DNA from: Candidatus Gottesmanbacteria bacterium RIFCSPHIGHO2_01_FULL_40_15
GTDB lineage: Bacteria > Patescibacteriota > Microgenomatia > 2-02-FULL-39-11
Assembly (NCBI GenBank): GCA_001779115.1
Contig: MFJF01000015.1
Location: 22,491 to 86,490, forward strand
Direction of reading: 5' to 3'
Length of the DNA: 64,000 bases
In this document: in pieces, positions 46,641 to 56,254 of the stretch
Numbering within the stretch: the stretch's first letter is position 1
Layout of the letters: each line of letters starts with the position of its first letter
Position numbers and translations under genes: made by a program
Notes under the pieces: model-generated
The model's database searches: none
What the model was told of the DNA's origin: nothing
The model's input: the letters and a program-made list of their open reading frames with translations, nothing else

Positions 46641-47822
46641 TTATTTTGAAAAAATTTTTATCAGGGTATTTATTTCTTTTCCTGTTAATTCCGGATTGTT
46701 TCCGAAATAGAGACCCTGCTCATGAATCAGCCGGGCTTGGCTTTGGGAATAATTAAAAGAAATTTTACCCATGTATTTGCGGAAAAAAGGTTGGGTTGTA
46801 ATGTCTCCCCCGACAATCGGTCTTATTTCCACTTTTTTTTCGCATTTGGCTACCAGCTTATCGCGTATTTCTCTTGATTTACAAATAAGGGGAAAAGCAA
46901 AATTGGAGATAAAATCCAAATGGTTGTATTTAACCGGATAATAAAGTTTAGGGTTAGTGTAAAGATATTCAGCCAGCCTTTTGAAATTATCCCTTCTCTT
47001 TTGGTTAATTTCATCAAGATATTTCAGTTGGATATTTCCCAAAAACCCCGCTATCTCGGTCGGTCTCAAATTGAATCCCAAATCATAAAATGTATAACGG
47101 GAATAAAAAGTTGAGTTGACTTTAAAGCGGTTCCGTATGCTGTTTTGTCTCGCCAAAGACAAATTCCTGTCCCAACCGTGGGCTCTGACAATCCGCAGCA
47201 TCGAAGCCAGGTTGTAATTGTCCGTCAGAACGGCTCCTCCCTCAACAGTTGAGAGATGATGCCCGACATAAAAGGAAAAAGTTGAGGCCAATCCGAAATT
47301 GCCGAGCTTCTTTCCCTTATAAATGCTCCCCAAAGCTTCACAGTTATCCTCAATAAGAATGATCTTGTTGTCACGGCAAATTTCAGCGATTTTATCCGGA
47401 TCGGAGCAAAATCCCAGTAGATTTGTCAAAAACAGCATTTTTAACGGATATCTTTTTAAAGTTTTATGAACCGTTTCAGAGTGTACATTCAGAGTTTGCA
47501 AAGAAACATCAACCGGAACGGCAGTCAGACCAAGCTGAATAAGCGGCATGACGTTAGTTGACCAGGTTAGGGCGGAAAAACCGACCATATCGCCCCGTTT
47601 AAGAATCCCCAGATTAATAAGAGCCATGATGATTGCCAGGTTGGCGGAACTGCCGGAATTTACCAATACGCACTGTTTCCGTTCCTGATATCCTGAAAAA
47701 TTTTTCTCAAACAGTACGCATTCCCGCCCAAAACTCAGCTGCTTGGTTCTGTTTATAAACTCTGTCAGATTTTTCTTGGTTTCAGATTCTTTGAAAAAAG
47801 TTGATTTGATCAGCTTAATCAT
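46641..47822 (-). CDS. DegT/AHBA-fold PMP-dependent sugar-nucleotide 3-dehydratase (ColD/E1 DdhC-like). The PLP-binding Lys is replaced by His.
   Basis: Type I aminotransferase fold (VLVNSGSSANLAI...). At the Schiff-base position the sequence reads FSFYVGHHLSTVEGG, with His where aminotransferases have Lys, as in ColD and CDP-6-deoxy-D-xylo-4-hexulose 3-dehydrase. Confidence 0.6.
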   Translation of the reverse strand: MIKLIKSTFFKESETKKNLTEFINRTKQLSFGRECVLFEKNFSGYQERKQCVLVNSGSSANLAIIMALINLGILKRGDMVGFSALTWSTNVMPLIQLGLTAVPVDVSLQTLNVHSETVHKTLKRYPLKMLFLTNLLGFCSDPDKIAEICRDNKIILIEDNCEALGSIYKGKKLGNFGLASTFSFYVGHHLSTVEGGAVLTDNYNLASMLRIVRAHGWDRNLSLARQNSIRNRFKVNSTFYSRYTFYDLGFNLRPTEIAGFLGNIQLKYLDEINQKRRDNFKRLAEYLYTNPKLYYPVKYNHLDFISNFAFPLICKSREIRDKLVAKCEKKVEIRPIVGGDITTQPFFRKYMGKISFNYSQSQARLIHEQGLYFGNNPELTGKEINTLIKIFSK

Positions 47823-47837
47823 AATTTTTTTAATTTT

Positions 47838-48527
47838 TCAATTAAAATTATTCCCTTTAATGATTTCCCTTAAAAAGTAATAAATGAATTTAATTCCCGT
47901 GGGAATTGCTGCCGAACCACTTTTTCCGCCGACCCTTTTGCCTTCCCGGGTTGGAATTTCAACGATTTTCATCTTTAATTTTAAAGCTCTAATGGTCATC
48001 TGAAATTCAACCGCGTATCCTTTTGCATCAAGTTTAAGTTTCCGAAAAGAAGTTTTCCTTATCGCCCTGTATCCGTTAATACTGTCTGTGATTTTACTTT
48101 TCCAGATGACATTTACAAGCAGTGTGAATCCGCGGTTAGCCCATGCCCTGAATTTTAAGATATTATCATCTTCTTCATTTCTTGATTTTTTCGTAAACCG
48201 GGAGGCGATTGCCATATCCGCGCCTTTTATCAGCTGTTTGACTAACTTTGGAATATCGGCCGGATCTTCATTTCCGTCAGGACTGAAAAATATAAGGTAT
48301 TTTCCCTTGGCTTTTTTGAAAGCCAGATAAAATGCCTCCGCCCGTCCCGGATTTTTCTGCTTCAAAACCGGAATTTTATTTTTAAGGAAATATTCGACTG
48401 TTCCGTCGGAAGACTTGTAGTCAACGGCAAAATACTCGTCAACCTTTTTAAAAGGTATTTTTTTAAAAAGATTTTTAACACCGTCGATTTCATTCCGTGT
48501 CAGGATGATAAGTGTTGTCTGTACCAT
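47838..48527 (-). CDS. GT2 polyprenyl-phosphate sugar synthase (Dpm1-like)
   Basis: TLIILTRNEIDGV...AVDYKSSDGT...FFSPDGNEDP. Confidence 0.65.
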   Translation of the reverse strand: MVQTTLIILTRNEIDGVKNLFKKIPFKKVDEYFAVDYKSSDGTVEYFLKNKIPVLKQKNPGRAEAFYLAFKKAKGKYLIFFSPDGNEDPADIPKLVKQLIKGADMAIASRFTKKSRNEEDDNILKFRAWANRGFTLLVNVIWKSKITDSINGYRAIRKTSFRKLKLDAKGYAVEFQMTIRALKLKMKIVEIPTREGKRVGGKSGSAAIPTGIKFIYYFLREIIKGNNFN

Positions 48528-49471
48528 TCAATTGTTTCCTTCAGTCCCTCTTTAAGCGGTGTTTCGGCGGTAAAACCGATTTTAGCTGTTGCTTTTTTTG
48601 TATCACAGCTCCTTCTCGGTTGTCCATCGGGTTTAGAAGTATCAAATTTAATTTTGATCTTCGAACCCGTAAGTTTAAGAATTAATTTTACCAGGTCACC
48701 GATAGGGATTTCTTCATCCGAACCGATATTAACCGGATCGGCCACGGGATATTTTTCGGCGGTCAAAAGTAATCCCCTGGCAAAATCCCGGGAATATAAA
48801 AAAGACCTTGTCTGTTTGCCGCTTCCCCATACAACTAAAGGATTTTCCCCGTCAAACACCCGTTTGATTATACCCGGAATGACATGCGAAATTTCCGGGT
48901 TAAAGTTATCCCTGGGTCCGTATGCGTTATAAGGTCTGGCGATAGCTACTTTCATTCCGAATTCGCTGTTATAAAAACGGCCCAGAAGTTCCGCCGTCCT
49001 TTTGGCCCAGCCGTACCCCAGGTTGCTCGGTTCGGGATCACCGATAAACCCTTCCGATTCCGGAGTCGGGATCGAGGTATTTCTCGGATAAATGCAGGCG
49101 GAAGAAACAATAAGGAATCTATCCGTTCCGTTCTCATACGCCGCTTTAATCATATTCTGGGCAATTCTGACGTTATCTTCAAACATTATGGCCGGATGAA
49201 CTATGTTATATTGGATTCCGGCGACTTTAGAGGCCAGATTAAGAATAATATCCTGATTTCTTGATGCACGTTTGGCCTGAATATAATCCGTCAGATCAGC
49301 TTTATAAATTCTTATTCTTTTTTTATGATGACTGATTTTCTCGATGTTTCCGGTTTTAGTTATTACCGACACTTCAGCTTTTTTTTGGAGAAGCAAATCA
49401 ACAACATGGGATCCGATAAATCCGGCACCGCCCGTAACCAGAACTTTTTTATTCTTCCAGTAATCATTCAT
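48500..49471 (-). CDS. Fcl-like NAD(P)-dependent sugar-nucleotide epimerase/reductase (second copy). Start taken at [15 protein letters not shown].
   Basis: VLVTGGAGFIGSH, SHVIPGIIKR, NLGYGWAKR and a [12 protein letters not shown]-terminus place it in the Fcl family. Confidence 0.7.
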   Translation of the reverse strand: MNDYWKNKKVLVTGGAGFIGSHVVDLLLQKKAEVSVITKTGNIEKISHHKKRIRIYKADLTDYIQAKRASRNQDIILNLASKVAGIQYNIVHPAIMFEDNVRIAQNMIKAAYENGTDRFLIVSSACIYPRNTSIPTPESEGFIGDPEPSNLGYGWAKRTAELLGRFYNSEFGMKVAIARPYNAYGPRDNFNPEISHVIPGIIKRVFDGENPLVVWGSGKQTRSFLYSRDFARGLLLTAEKYPVADPVNIGSDEEIPIGDLVKLILKLTGSKIKIKFDTSKPDGQPRRSCDTKKATAKIGFTAETPLKEGLKETIEWYRQHLSS

Positions 49472-49548
49472 GGTAAACAATAGTATATAATAAGACAGCA
49501 ATCATCATTAAGAATAAGTTTATCTGCATTACAAATTAAATTAACAAA
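49472..49548. promoter_or_regulatory. divergent intergenic region with a TATATAAT box (49484-49491)
   Basis: 77-nt AT-rich gap between minus-strand gene start 49471 and plus-strand gene start 49549. Confidence 0.3.
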
Positions 49549-51453
49549 ATGAGACGAAATTATCTTCTGCTCATTTTTTTTATTCTTTTTTTTCAAATAT
49601 TTTTTATTCTGATTGACCGTCACAGCTATTATTTCGATATGAAATATTATTTAAATACCTCATCTGTTCTGCATGAGGCTTTTAGAAATATATTCACATA
49701 TCCATTATCATTCGGGAAAATACATTATTTCTTCACAATGCTTTTAACAGGTTACCGGCCGTCTTTATATTATATTCCCGGTATTATTTTAGGTAGCCTT
49801 TGGAAATTTAATGCCAAGATATTTGTAATTATTACTTACCTTTTTTATTTCACGCTGGCTTCACTGACAATTTATTCAGTTGCTCCAAGGAATTCTCTGG
49901 AAAACATTTATAAAACTGCTTTTTTACTGTTTATTATCAGTCCGCAAATTTTAGTTTATGGAAGATACCCTATGGTTGAATTTCCGTTATTTTTAATAGT
50001 CGCTGTAACTATTATTCTTTATTTATATTCTGACAGTCTTACCCGTTCTCCTTATTGGCAATTATTCATAATATTTTCGGTTGCCGGGATGCTAATTAAA
50101 TTCAGCTATGTTTCTTTTGTAATCTATCCGGTTTTGTTTATCGCGGTTCTTGACAGTCTTTTAATAATTAGGTCAATGGGTTGGCAGGGCTATTTATCAA
50201 GGTTTGAAAAAGAAAAAAATTTCCGAATCTTACAGGCAGCTTTTTTTCTGTCTTTATTTTTAATCGGTCTGAGTATTTTTAGCGGATTCAAAGGTTATTT
50301 TCTCGGCAATTTACACCACTTTTTAAGAACAGAGGTTGCCGGTTACTGGTCATACCCTTATCAAACCTTTCCGGAAAAATTATGGTGGATTTTAATAGCG
50401 CCCACGCAAATAACAACCGTTCCGGTACTTTTATTATTTATTTTGGGAATAATTTTTTACGGCCGGAAATTGAATAAATTGTATATTTTTATTTTATTGC
50501 CCCTGATTCAATTCGGTTTTTTCATGCAATCAAAAGGTGCCAGACTGTTTGCTCCGGTTGTCTTTCCCATTTGTCTCGTCGCGGCTTACGGATTGAATCA
50601 TTTACTCAGTAGAATGCCGACTGTTTTTAAAAAGAGATATTTTTCTATAATTTCCTTATTTATTATTATTAATATGTTCAGCAGCGTTTTTATTTCCCTA
50701 GATCACGCTCCGGCATACGAATATCCGGAAGGAGGCAGCATTGATATTTTTAACGGTTTAACCGTTCAGGCAGTTACCCGGGGAGGTTGGGGGGAAGACA
50801 AAAATATTTGGGATGAAAAAGTTAAGGATATCACCGGGATTATTCTGGACAGACAGGTGCAAAAAGCCACTGTTGTCCATCTATACTATACTGTTAAATT
50901 ACCGCCTTACAATCAGGAATTGGAAAAAAAAGGATATAAGCAGGTAATCGATGAACTCTTATGGCCGGAGGCTCAACGGTTTCCTATTGAAGTATTTACT
51001 GCAAAAAATGTATTTATCATCAGAAAAACCGGAAACTTTACCCATTGGGGGGAGAAAGGTACGGGGTTGGAACTTGAAAGGAATTTACGGTTTTTAAACG
51101 GACGGTTTGCCGATAATACTTCAATTTGGCGGAAAAAAACAATTAAACTGAATGATGTAATATTACCTGATAAATCAATAGTTGAAATATTTTACAGATA
51201 TGATGATTTGACTGATGAAGAAACAGTCCGGCTTTATGAAGAATTCTTAAATTATGATTATCCTAATGCAATAAATATAAAAATCGCGGAAAGTCTGATT
51301 GAATATTTTACAAATTCAAAGGAGCCGGAAAAAATATATTACTGGCGAAGTTGGGTTAAAAATGCCGAAATTCATCCGAAAGTTATCCGTCTGCTTTCAG
51401 TTAAAGACATTAAAAAAGTTAACGAAATTCGGGAGAAGCTTCTAAATAATTAA
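49549..51453 (+). CDS. polytopic membrane protein (about 380 aa) fused to a C-terminal soluble domain of about 250 aa; unknown function
   Basis: 634 aa. At least 10 hydrophobic segments, then a hydrophilic domain. No recognised motif. Confidence 0.45.
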   Translation: MRRNYLLLIFFILFFQIFFILIDRHSYYFDMKYYLNTSSVLHEAFRNIFTYPLSFGKIHYFFTMLLTGYRPSLYYIPGIILGSLWKFNAKIFVIITYLFYFTLASLTIYSVAPRNSLENIYKTAFLLFIISPQILVYGRYPMVEFPLFLIVAVTIILYLYSDSLTRSPYWQLFIIFSVAGMLIKFSYVSFVIYPVLFIAVLDSLLIIRSMGWQGYLSRFEKEKNFRILQAAFFLSLFLIGLSIFSGFKGYFLGNLHHFLRTEVAGYWSYPYQTFPEKLWWILIAPTQITTVPVLLLFILGIIFYGRKLNKLYIFILLPLIQFGFFMQSKGARLFAPVVFPICLVAAYGLNHLLSRMPTVFKKRYFSIISLFIIINMFSSVFISLDHAPAYEYPEGGSIDIFNGLTVQAVTRGGWGEDKNIWDEKVKDITGIILDRQVQKATVVHLYYTVKLPPYNQELEKKGYKQVIDELLWPEAQRFPIEVFTAKNVFIIRKTGNFTHWGEKGTGLELERNLRFLNGRFADNTSIWRKKTIKLNDVILPDKSIVEIFYRYDDLTDEETVRLYEEFLNYDYPNAINIKIAESLIEYFTNSKEPEKIYYWRSWVKNAEIHPKVIRLLSVKDIKKVNEIREKLLNN

Positions 51454-51471
51454 CAGGAGTAATTAACTAAA

Positions 51472-52398
51472 TTGAAAAAAATTTTGGTTACGGGACTGTC
51501 CGGGTTTATCGGAACCCGGTTGTCAGAATTATTTCACCGATATTCATTAATCGGAGTAAGCCGGTCAGTTTCCCGAAATGGAAGGATTCCGGCCAGGAAT
51601 ATGATTAAAGCTGATATTACCGATGAAAAAGAGTTAAGTAAAAAAATAAACAATATTGAGTTTGACGGGATAATTCATTTGGCAGGGATAACTCATATAG
51701 ACAGGTGTGAAGAGGATAAAATTAACGGAAAAAACGGCCTTGCTTGGAAAGTTAATGTCACCGGGACGGAAAACATTATCAGGGCATGCAGCCAAAGCGG
51801 CAAATTCCTTCTATTTCTGTCAACAGAATGTGTCTTTGACGGAAAAAAAGGTTTTTATAAGGAGTCAGACACGCCCTCTCCGGTTAACTGGTACGGCCGG
51901 ACAAAATATGAAGCTGAAAAGAAGATTTTGAGCAGTAAAATTAATGCCTGCATATTAAGATCGGTATTGGTTTACGGTCATTCAAAGGGTTATAAAGTTG
52001 ATTTGGCTAAAAAATTTTTCGAATTGCTAAAATCAGGCAAAAAAATATCAGCAGTCAATGATCAATTTGTGACTTTTACTTTTATTGATGACCTGATTGG
52101 TGCAATTAATCTGGCTTGGGACAAGAAACTTACCGGCATATATCATTTTGCGGCAGAGACCTCTTTATCACCTTTTGAATTTGCCCGGACTATTTCTTCG
52201 GGATTTGGTTTAAATAATAAAATGATAAAACAAACAACTCTTGAGAAATTTTTCGGTAAATCACACCGCTTGCGGTTGGTCAATTCCAGTTTGAATTCGG
52301 ATAAATTCAGGGAATTTTCCCGTACCAGGGCTAAAAATTTGGAAGATGTTGTACCCATACTTGTCAAAAGATGGGGTAAACCGGGAAATATAAAGTAA
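51472..52398 (+). CDS. RmlD-like dTDP-4-dehydrorhamnose reductase family SDR
   Basis: ILVTGLSGFIGTRL, STECVFDGKKGFYKESDTPSPVNWYGRTKYEAE (the RmlD substrate-binding-domain signature). TTG start. Confidence 0.6.
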   Translation: MKKILVTGLSGFIGTRLSELFHRYSLIGVSRSVSRNGRIPARNMIKADITDEKELSKKINNIEFDGIIHLAGITHIDRCEEDKINGKNGLAWKVNVTGTENIIRACSQSGKFLLFLSTECVFDGKKGFYKESDTPSPVNWYGRTKYEAEKKILSSKINACILRSVLVYGHSKGYKVDLAKKFFELLKSGKKISAVNDQFVTFTFIDDLIGAINLAWDKKLTGIYHFAAETSLSPFEFARTISSGFGLNNKMIKQTTLEKFFGKSHRLRLVNSSLNSDKFREFSRTRAKNLEDVVPILVKRWGKPGNIK

Positions 52399-53573
52399 TG
52401 GAAATTCTTTTTGTCATATCATATTTTTTTCCTGCCTGGGCTTATGGCGGACCCGGAAAACTGGTCAGGGAATTAGCCCGGACATTATCAGATCGGGGTT
52501 TCCGGCTGGCGATTTATTCGACTGATGCTTTCGATCTGAAAAGGAGAAGGAAAGAGATTGACAATAAACTTTTAAAAAAGGAAAAATATAAGATTTATTT
52601 TTTCAGAACAATAAATAACCGCTTCAGCTATTACAGTAAATTTTTCCTGTCTCCCGGCCTTGTTTTGACTGCCGCAGCTGAAATCGGAAAATTTGATCTG
52701 GTACACCTGCATGAATTTTTTACCGGAAATGTTGCTATTATTACTTTCCTGGCGGTATTATTTAAAATTCCTTATATAATTTCCGCTCACGGAACTCTTG
52801 ATAGTTACCGCATCAAACACCGCAATTTCGGCAAAAAAATTTTTATGATTTTTTTCGGAAAAAGAATCATTAAAAATTCAGCCGGATTTGTCGCTGCAAC
52901 AGTTGAAGAAACGGAAGAATATAAGCTTTTGGGTGTTCCGGCTGCTAAAATTCATCACATTCCCAACGGAATTGATCTTAAAGAATTCGATAATATGCCC
53001 GGAAAAAACATATTTAAAAAGAAGCACAATATATCCGCCGGGGAAAAAGTGCTTTTATATTTGGGGAGAATACATAAATTAAAAGGTTTAAGACATTTAG
53101 TTGAGGCAATGCCGCTAATCAGCAGTCAAATAGACTGCCGCTTAGTGGTTGCCGGCAGCGATGACGGCTACCAGGAGGAACTTATAAAACTTGTAAAAAA
53201 AAATAAAATCAGTAATGTGGTATTCCCCGGGTTAATCCAGGGGAAGGAAAAATTACAGTTATACAGGGACAGTGATGTTTTTGTTTATCCTTCCTTATCC
53301 GAGGGATTTTCTTTGGCAGTCCTGGAAGCTGCTGCCGCCGGTTTACCGCTGGTGATTACATACGGCTGCAAATTTCCCCAAGTGGCAGAGTATAATGCCG
53401 GTTATATTGTCAGTGCCAAAGCCGAATCTTTAGCCTCGGCAGTGATTAAGATATTAAAAGATGAAAAAAAAAGAAAATCTATGGGTCGCTCGGCCGGAAA
53501 AATGATTAAAAATGATTATTCGATAACAGTAATGGCAAAAAGGCTGGCCGGACTGTATAAAAATATTTCCTGA
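52398..53573 (+). CDS. GT4 (GT-B) glycosyltransferase
   Basis: PSLSEGFSLAVLEAAAAGLPLVIT is a GT4 motif. Confidence 0.7.
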   Translation: MEILFVISYFFPAWAYGGPGKLVRELARTLSDRGFRLAIYSTDAFDLKRRRKEIDNKLLKKEKYKIYFFRTINNRFSYYSKFFLSPGLVLTAAAEIGKFDLVHLHEFFTGNVAIITFLAVLFKIPYIISAHGTLDSYRIKHRNFGKKIFMIFFGKRIIKNSAGFVAATVEETEEYKLLGVPAAKIHHIPNGIDLKEFDNMPGKNIFKKKHNISAGEKVLLYLGRIHKLKGLRHLVEAMPLISSQIDCRLVVAGSDDGYQEELIKLVKKNKISNVVFPGLIQGKEKLQLYRDSDVFVYPSLSEGFSLAVLEAAAAGLPLVITYGCKFPQVAEYNAGYIVSAKAESLASAVIKILKDEKKRKSMGRSAGKMIKNDYSITVMAKRLAGLYKNIS

Positions 53574-53575
53574 AA

Positions 53576-54292
53576 ATGGTTAAATTATCCAAATTATTTT
53601 ACGAAAGTACATATAAAACCGGCTATACATTTAAACAACCTAAGGGAATCAGTGGATTAATATTCAAATTATTCCGGAGATTTGAGGAATACCGTGAGGA
53701 TGCAGTCTGTAATATGCTGCCCGGCGGTGGGCGGTTATTGGATATAGGCTGCGGTGACGGTAATCTGGTATTTAAATCACTAGATTATTACTCGGAAATT
53801 TATGGAATGGACATCGCCGGAACAAGATTGAAAGTCGCCAGAAAGAAAAGGAACGGACTTAAACCAAGAGACCGGAAAAAAATAAAGTTCGTTTTAGCAG
53901 ATGCCGATCAGCCTTTTCCCTTTAAAAATTCATTTTTTAACGCGGTAACACTGGTGGCCACCCTTGAGCATTTTTTTGATCCGTACTTTATTTTAGGGGA
54001 AACTAAAAGAGTATTAAAAACAGGCGGCCGGATAATAATTGAAGTTCCCAATTTGGGATATCTGCCCAGACGTCTTTGTGTATTAACCGGAAATTTACCG
54101 GTAACCAGCGAGGATGAAGCCGGTTGGGACGGAGGTCATTTGCATTATTTCACTTTTAAGACTTTAAAAGAATTATTGAAAGTTGTAGGATTTACTGCCG
54201 AAGAGGAAACTTGCTCTGGGATATTTGCCGGGTTAAGGAGATGGTGGCTGCCTCTTTTGGCAGCGGATATAATCATAAGTGCTAAAAAATAA
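53576..54292 (+). CDS. class I SAM-dependent methyltransferase
   Basis: LLDIGCGDGNLV (motif I), 238 aa. Confidence 0.7.
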   Translation: MVKLSKLFYESTYKTGYTFKQPKGISGLIFKLFRRFEEYREDAVCNMLPGGGRLLDIGCGDGNLVFKSLDYYSEIYGMDIAGTRLKVARKKRNGLKPRDRKKIKFVLADADQPFPFKNSFFNAVTLVATLEHFFDPYFILGETKRVLKTGGRIIIEVPNLGYLPRRLCVLTGNLPVTSEDEAGWDGGHLHYFTFKTLKELLKVVGFTAEEETCSGIFAGLRRWWLPLLAADIIISAKK

Positions 54293-54301
54293 AATAAATA
54301 T

Positions 54302-56254
54302 ATGTGCGGAATAGCCGGAATATATTATTTTAACGGGAAAAAAGCGGATAAAAAAATCTTAGACCGGATGATTCAGGCTTTAATTCACCGGGGACCAGAC
54401 GATCAGGGTAACAAATTGCACGGCAATGTCGGTATTGCCAATTGCAGACTGGCGATTATTGACCTATCCAAACGCGGCCGGCAGCCGATGACTGACTCTA
54501 CCGGAAATGTCAGCATTACTTATAACGGTGAAATTTTCAATTATCAGAAGTTAAGGGAAAAACTTCTCAGGTCAGGCTACCGCTTTAAATCGGAAACAGA
54601 TACGGAGGTTATCTTAAACGGTTATCTTAAATGGGGAGAGGGGATTGTTTCCAAATTAATCGGTCAATTCGCTTTTTGTATTTGGGATAAAAATACAAAC
54701 AGTTTACTGTTAGCCAGGGATCAACTGGGTATAAATCCGCTGTATTATATTCAAAAGGGAAATTTTTTTTTATTCGCTTCCGAAATTAAAGCTTTAATTG
54801 CCTCAGGTCTTATAAATCGGGAAATTAATCCCCAGGCAATTCATCATTTCCTGTCTGTATTTCATATACCGCAACCCATGACAATTTTTCAGGATATAAA
54901 ATCACTTTTGCCGGGCCATTATCTTAAGGTTTCCGGAAACGGACTGAAATCAACCTGTTTTTGGCAAATACCTCTGGGCGGTTGGAAAAATAACCGGCTG
55001 TCAAAAAATGAAATAAAAGAAAAACTTAGATATCAGCTTATTTCTGCGGTTGATGCTGCCAGCGTATCAGATGTACCGGTATCCGCATTTTTATCAGGAG
55101 GAATTGATTCATCAGCCGTAGTTTCTTTATTAGCTCAAAAAAGTTCATATCCGATAAAAACGTTCTGCCTTTACTATCAGGGTGACAGCTATTTTGATGA
55201 AAGACATTTTGCCAGGATTGTATCCCGGATGTATTCAACCGAACATAATGAAATAACTGTCAGTAATACGGAAATTAAAAATGAGTTACCCAAAATAATT
55301 TATTTTTATGACCAGCCTACCGGCGGATCTTTTGAAACATACTTTATTACGAAAGCTGCCGGTAAATCGACAAAAGTTGCCTTATCTGGACTGGGAGGGG
55401 ATGAACTTTTTGCCGGATATCACTCGCTGATTTATAAATGGAAATTTTTGTCTTCTCTGTACCGTAAAATACCCGGTCCATGGCTCAATTTCATTCATCA
55501 TTCTTTGGAAAGGTTACCCCTTAAAGCTGATCTGAAGCATACAATCACAACCGCCGATAAATTTTTAAGGCTTAGTAATCCGGTAAAACAGCGCTTATTT
55601 TATTATTTTGTATTTAATGAGGCTGAAAAAAAGAAAATGTATTCGGCTGAATATCTTTCAAATAAGGACAATTATGAAACTGAAAAGTATTTCACTGATC
55701 TTGCGGATTATGTCAAGGAGTATTCCGCTGTCAGCCAGCTTTATTATATGGATTTGACAAGTTATACGCGTGACGACCTTCTATTAGGCATGAACATGAT
55801 GAGCATGTGTAATTCTCTCGAAGTCAGAGTCCCCCTTTTAAATCCGGAACTGGTTTCTTTTGCCGACAGTATTCCGCCGCATTTAAAATACCAAAACGGT
55901 ATCTCAAAATACATATTTAAAGAAGTAGTCCGGGAATGGCTGCCGGAGGAAGTAATATACAGGAAGAAAAAAGGATTCGGTTTACCGAGGTCCAAAATAA
56001 TGAAACAAGGTTTAAAAAAATACATTTATAATTGTTTGAATTCTGGCATTTTTATTAAGAGAGGATATTTTAATCCTTCCTATATCCGTTCTCTTACTGA
56101 TACGTTTTTCCGTGATAATTCAAAAAGACACCTCTGGAGCCAGGATCTGCAGATTTGGATTCTCTTTATTTTTGAATTATGGTGCCGTCTCTATCTGGAC
56201 CGGAAAGAAGTTACAGTTCCTTCAATAACACTCTCAGATTTAGTAGATCTATGA
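54302..56254 (+). CDS. asnB: asparagine synthetase (glutamine-hydrolysing)-like amidotransferase
   Basis: MCGIAGIY N-terminal nucleophile, and a SGGIDSS PP-loop. 650 aa. Confidence 0.85.
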   Translation: MCGIAGIYYFNGKKADKKILDRMIQALIHRGPDDQGNKLHGNVGIANCRLAIIDLSKRGRQPMTDSTGNVSITYNGEIFNYQKLREKLLRSGYRFKSETDTEVILNGYLKWGEGIVSKLIGQFAFCIWDKNTNSLLLARDQLGINPLYYIQKGNFFLFASEIKALIASGLINREINPQAIHHFLSVFHIPQPMTIFQDIKSLLPGHYLKVSGNGLKSTCFWQIPLGGWKNNRLSKNEIKEKLRYQLISAVDAASVSDVPVSAFLSGGIDSSAVVSLLAQKSSYPIKTFCLYYQGDSYFDERHFARIVSRMYSTEHNEITVSNTEIKNELPKIIYFYDQPTGGSFETYFITKAAGKSTKVALSGLGGDELFAGYHSLIYKWKFLSSLYRKIPGPWLNFIHHSLERLPLKADLKHTITTADKFLRLSNPVKQRLFYYFVFNEAEKKKMYSAEYLSNKDNYETEKYFTDLADYVKEYSAVSQLYYMDLTSYTRDDLLLGMNMMSMCNSLEVRVPLLNPELVSFADSIPPHLKYQNGISKYIFKEVVREWLPEEVIYRKKKGFGLPRSKIMKQGLKKYIYNCLNSGIFIKRGYFNPSYIRSLTDTFFRDNSKRHLWSQDLQIWILFIFELWCRLYLDRKEVTVPSITLSDLVDL

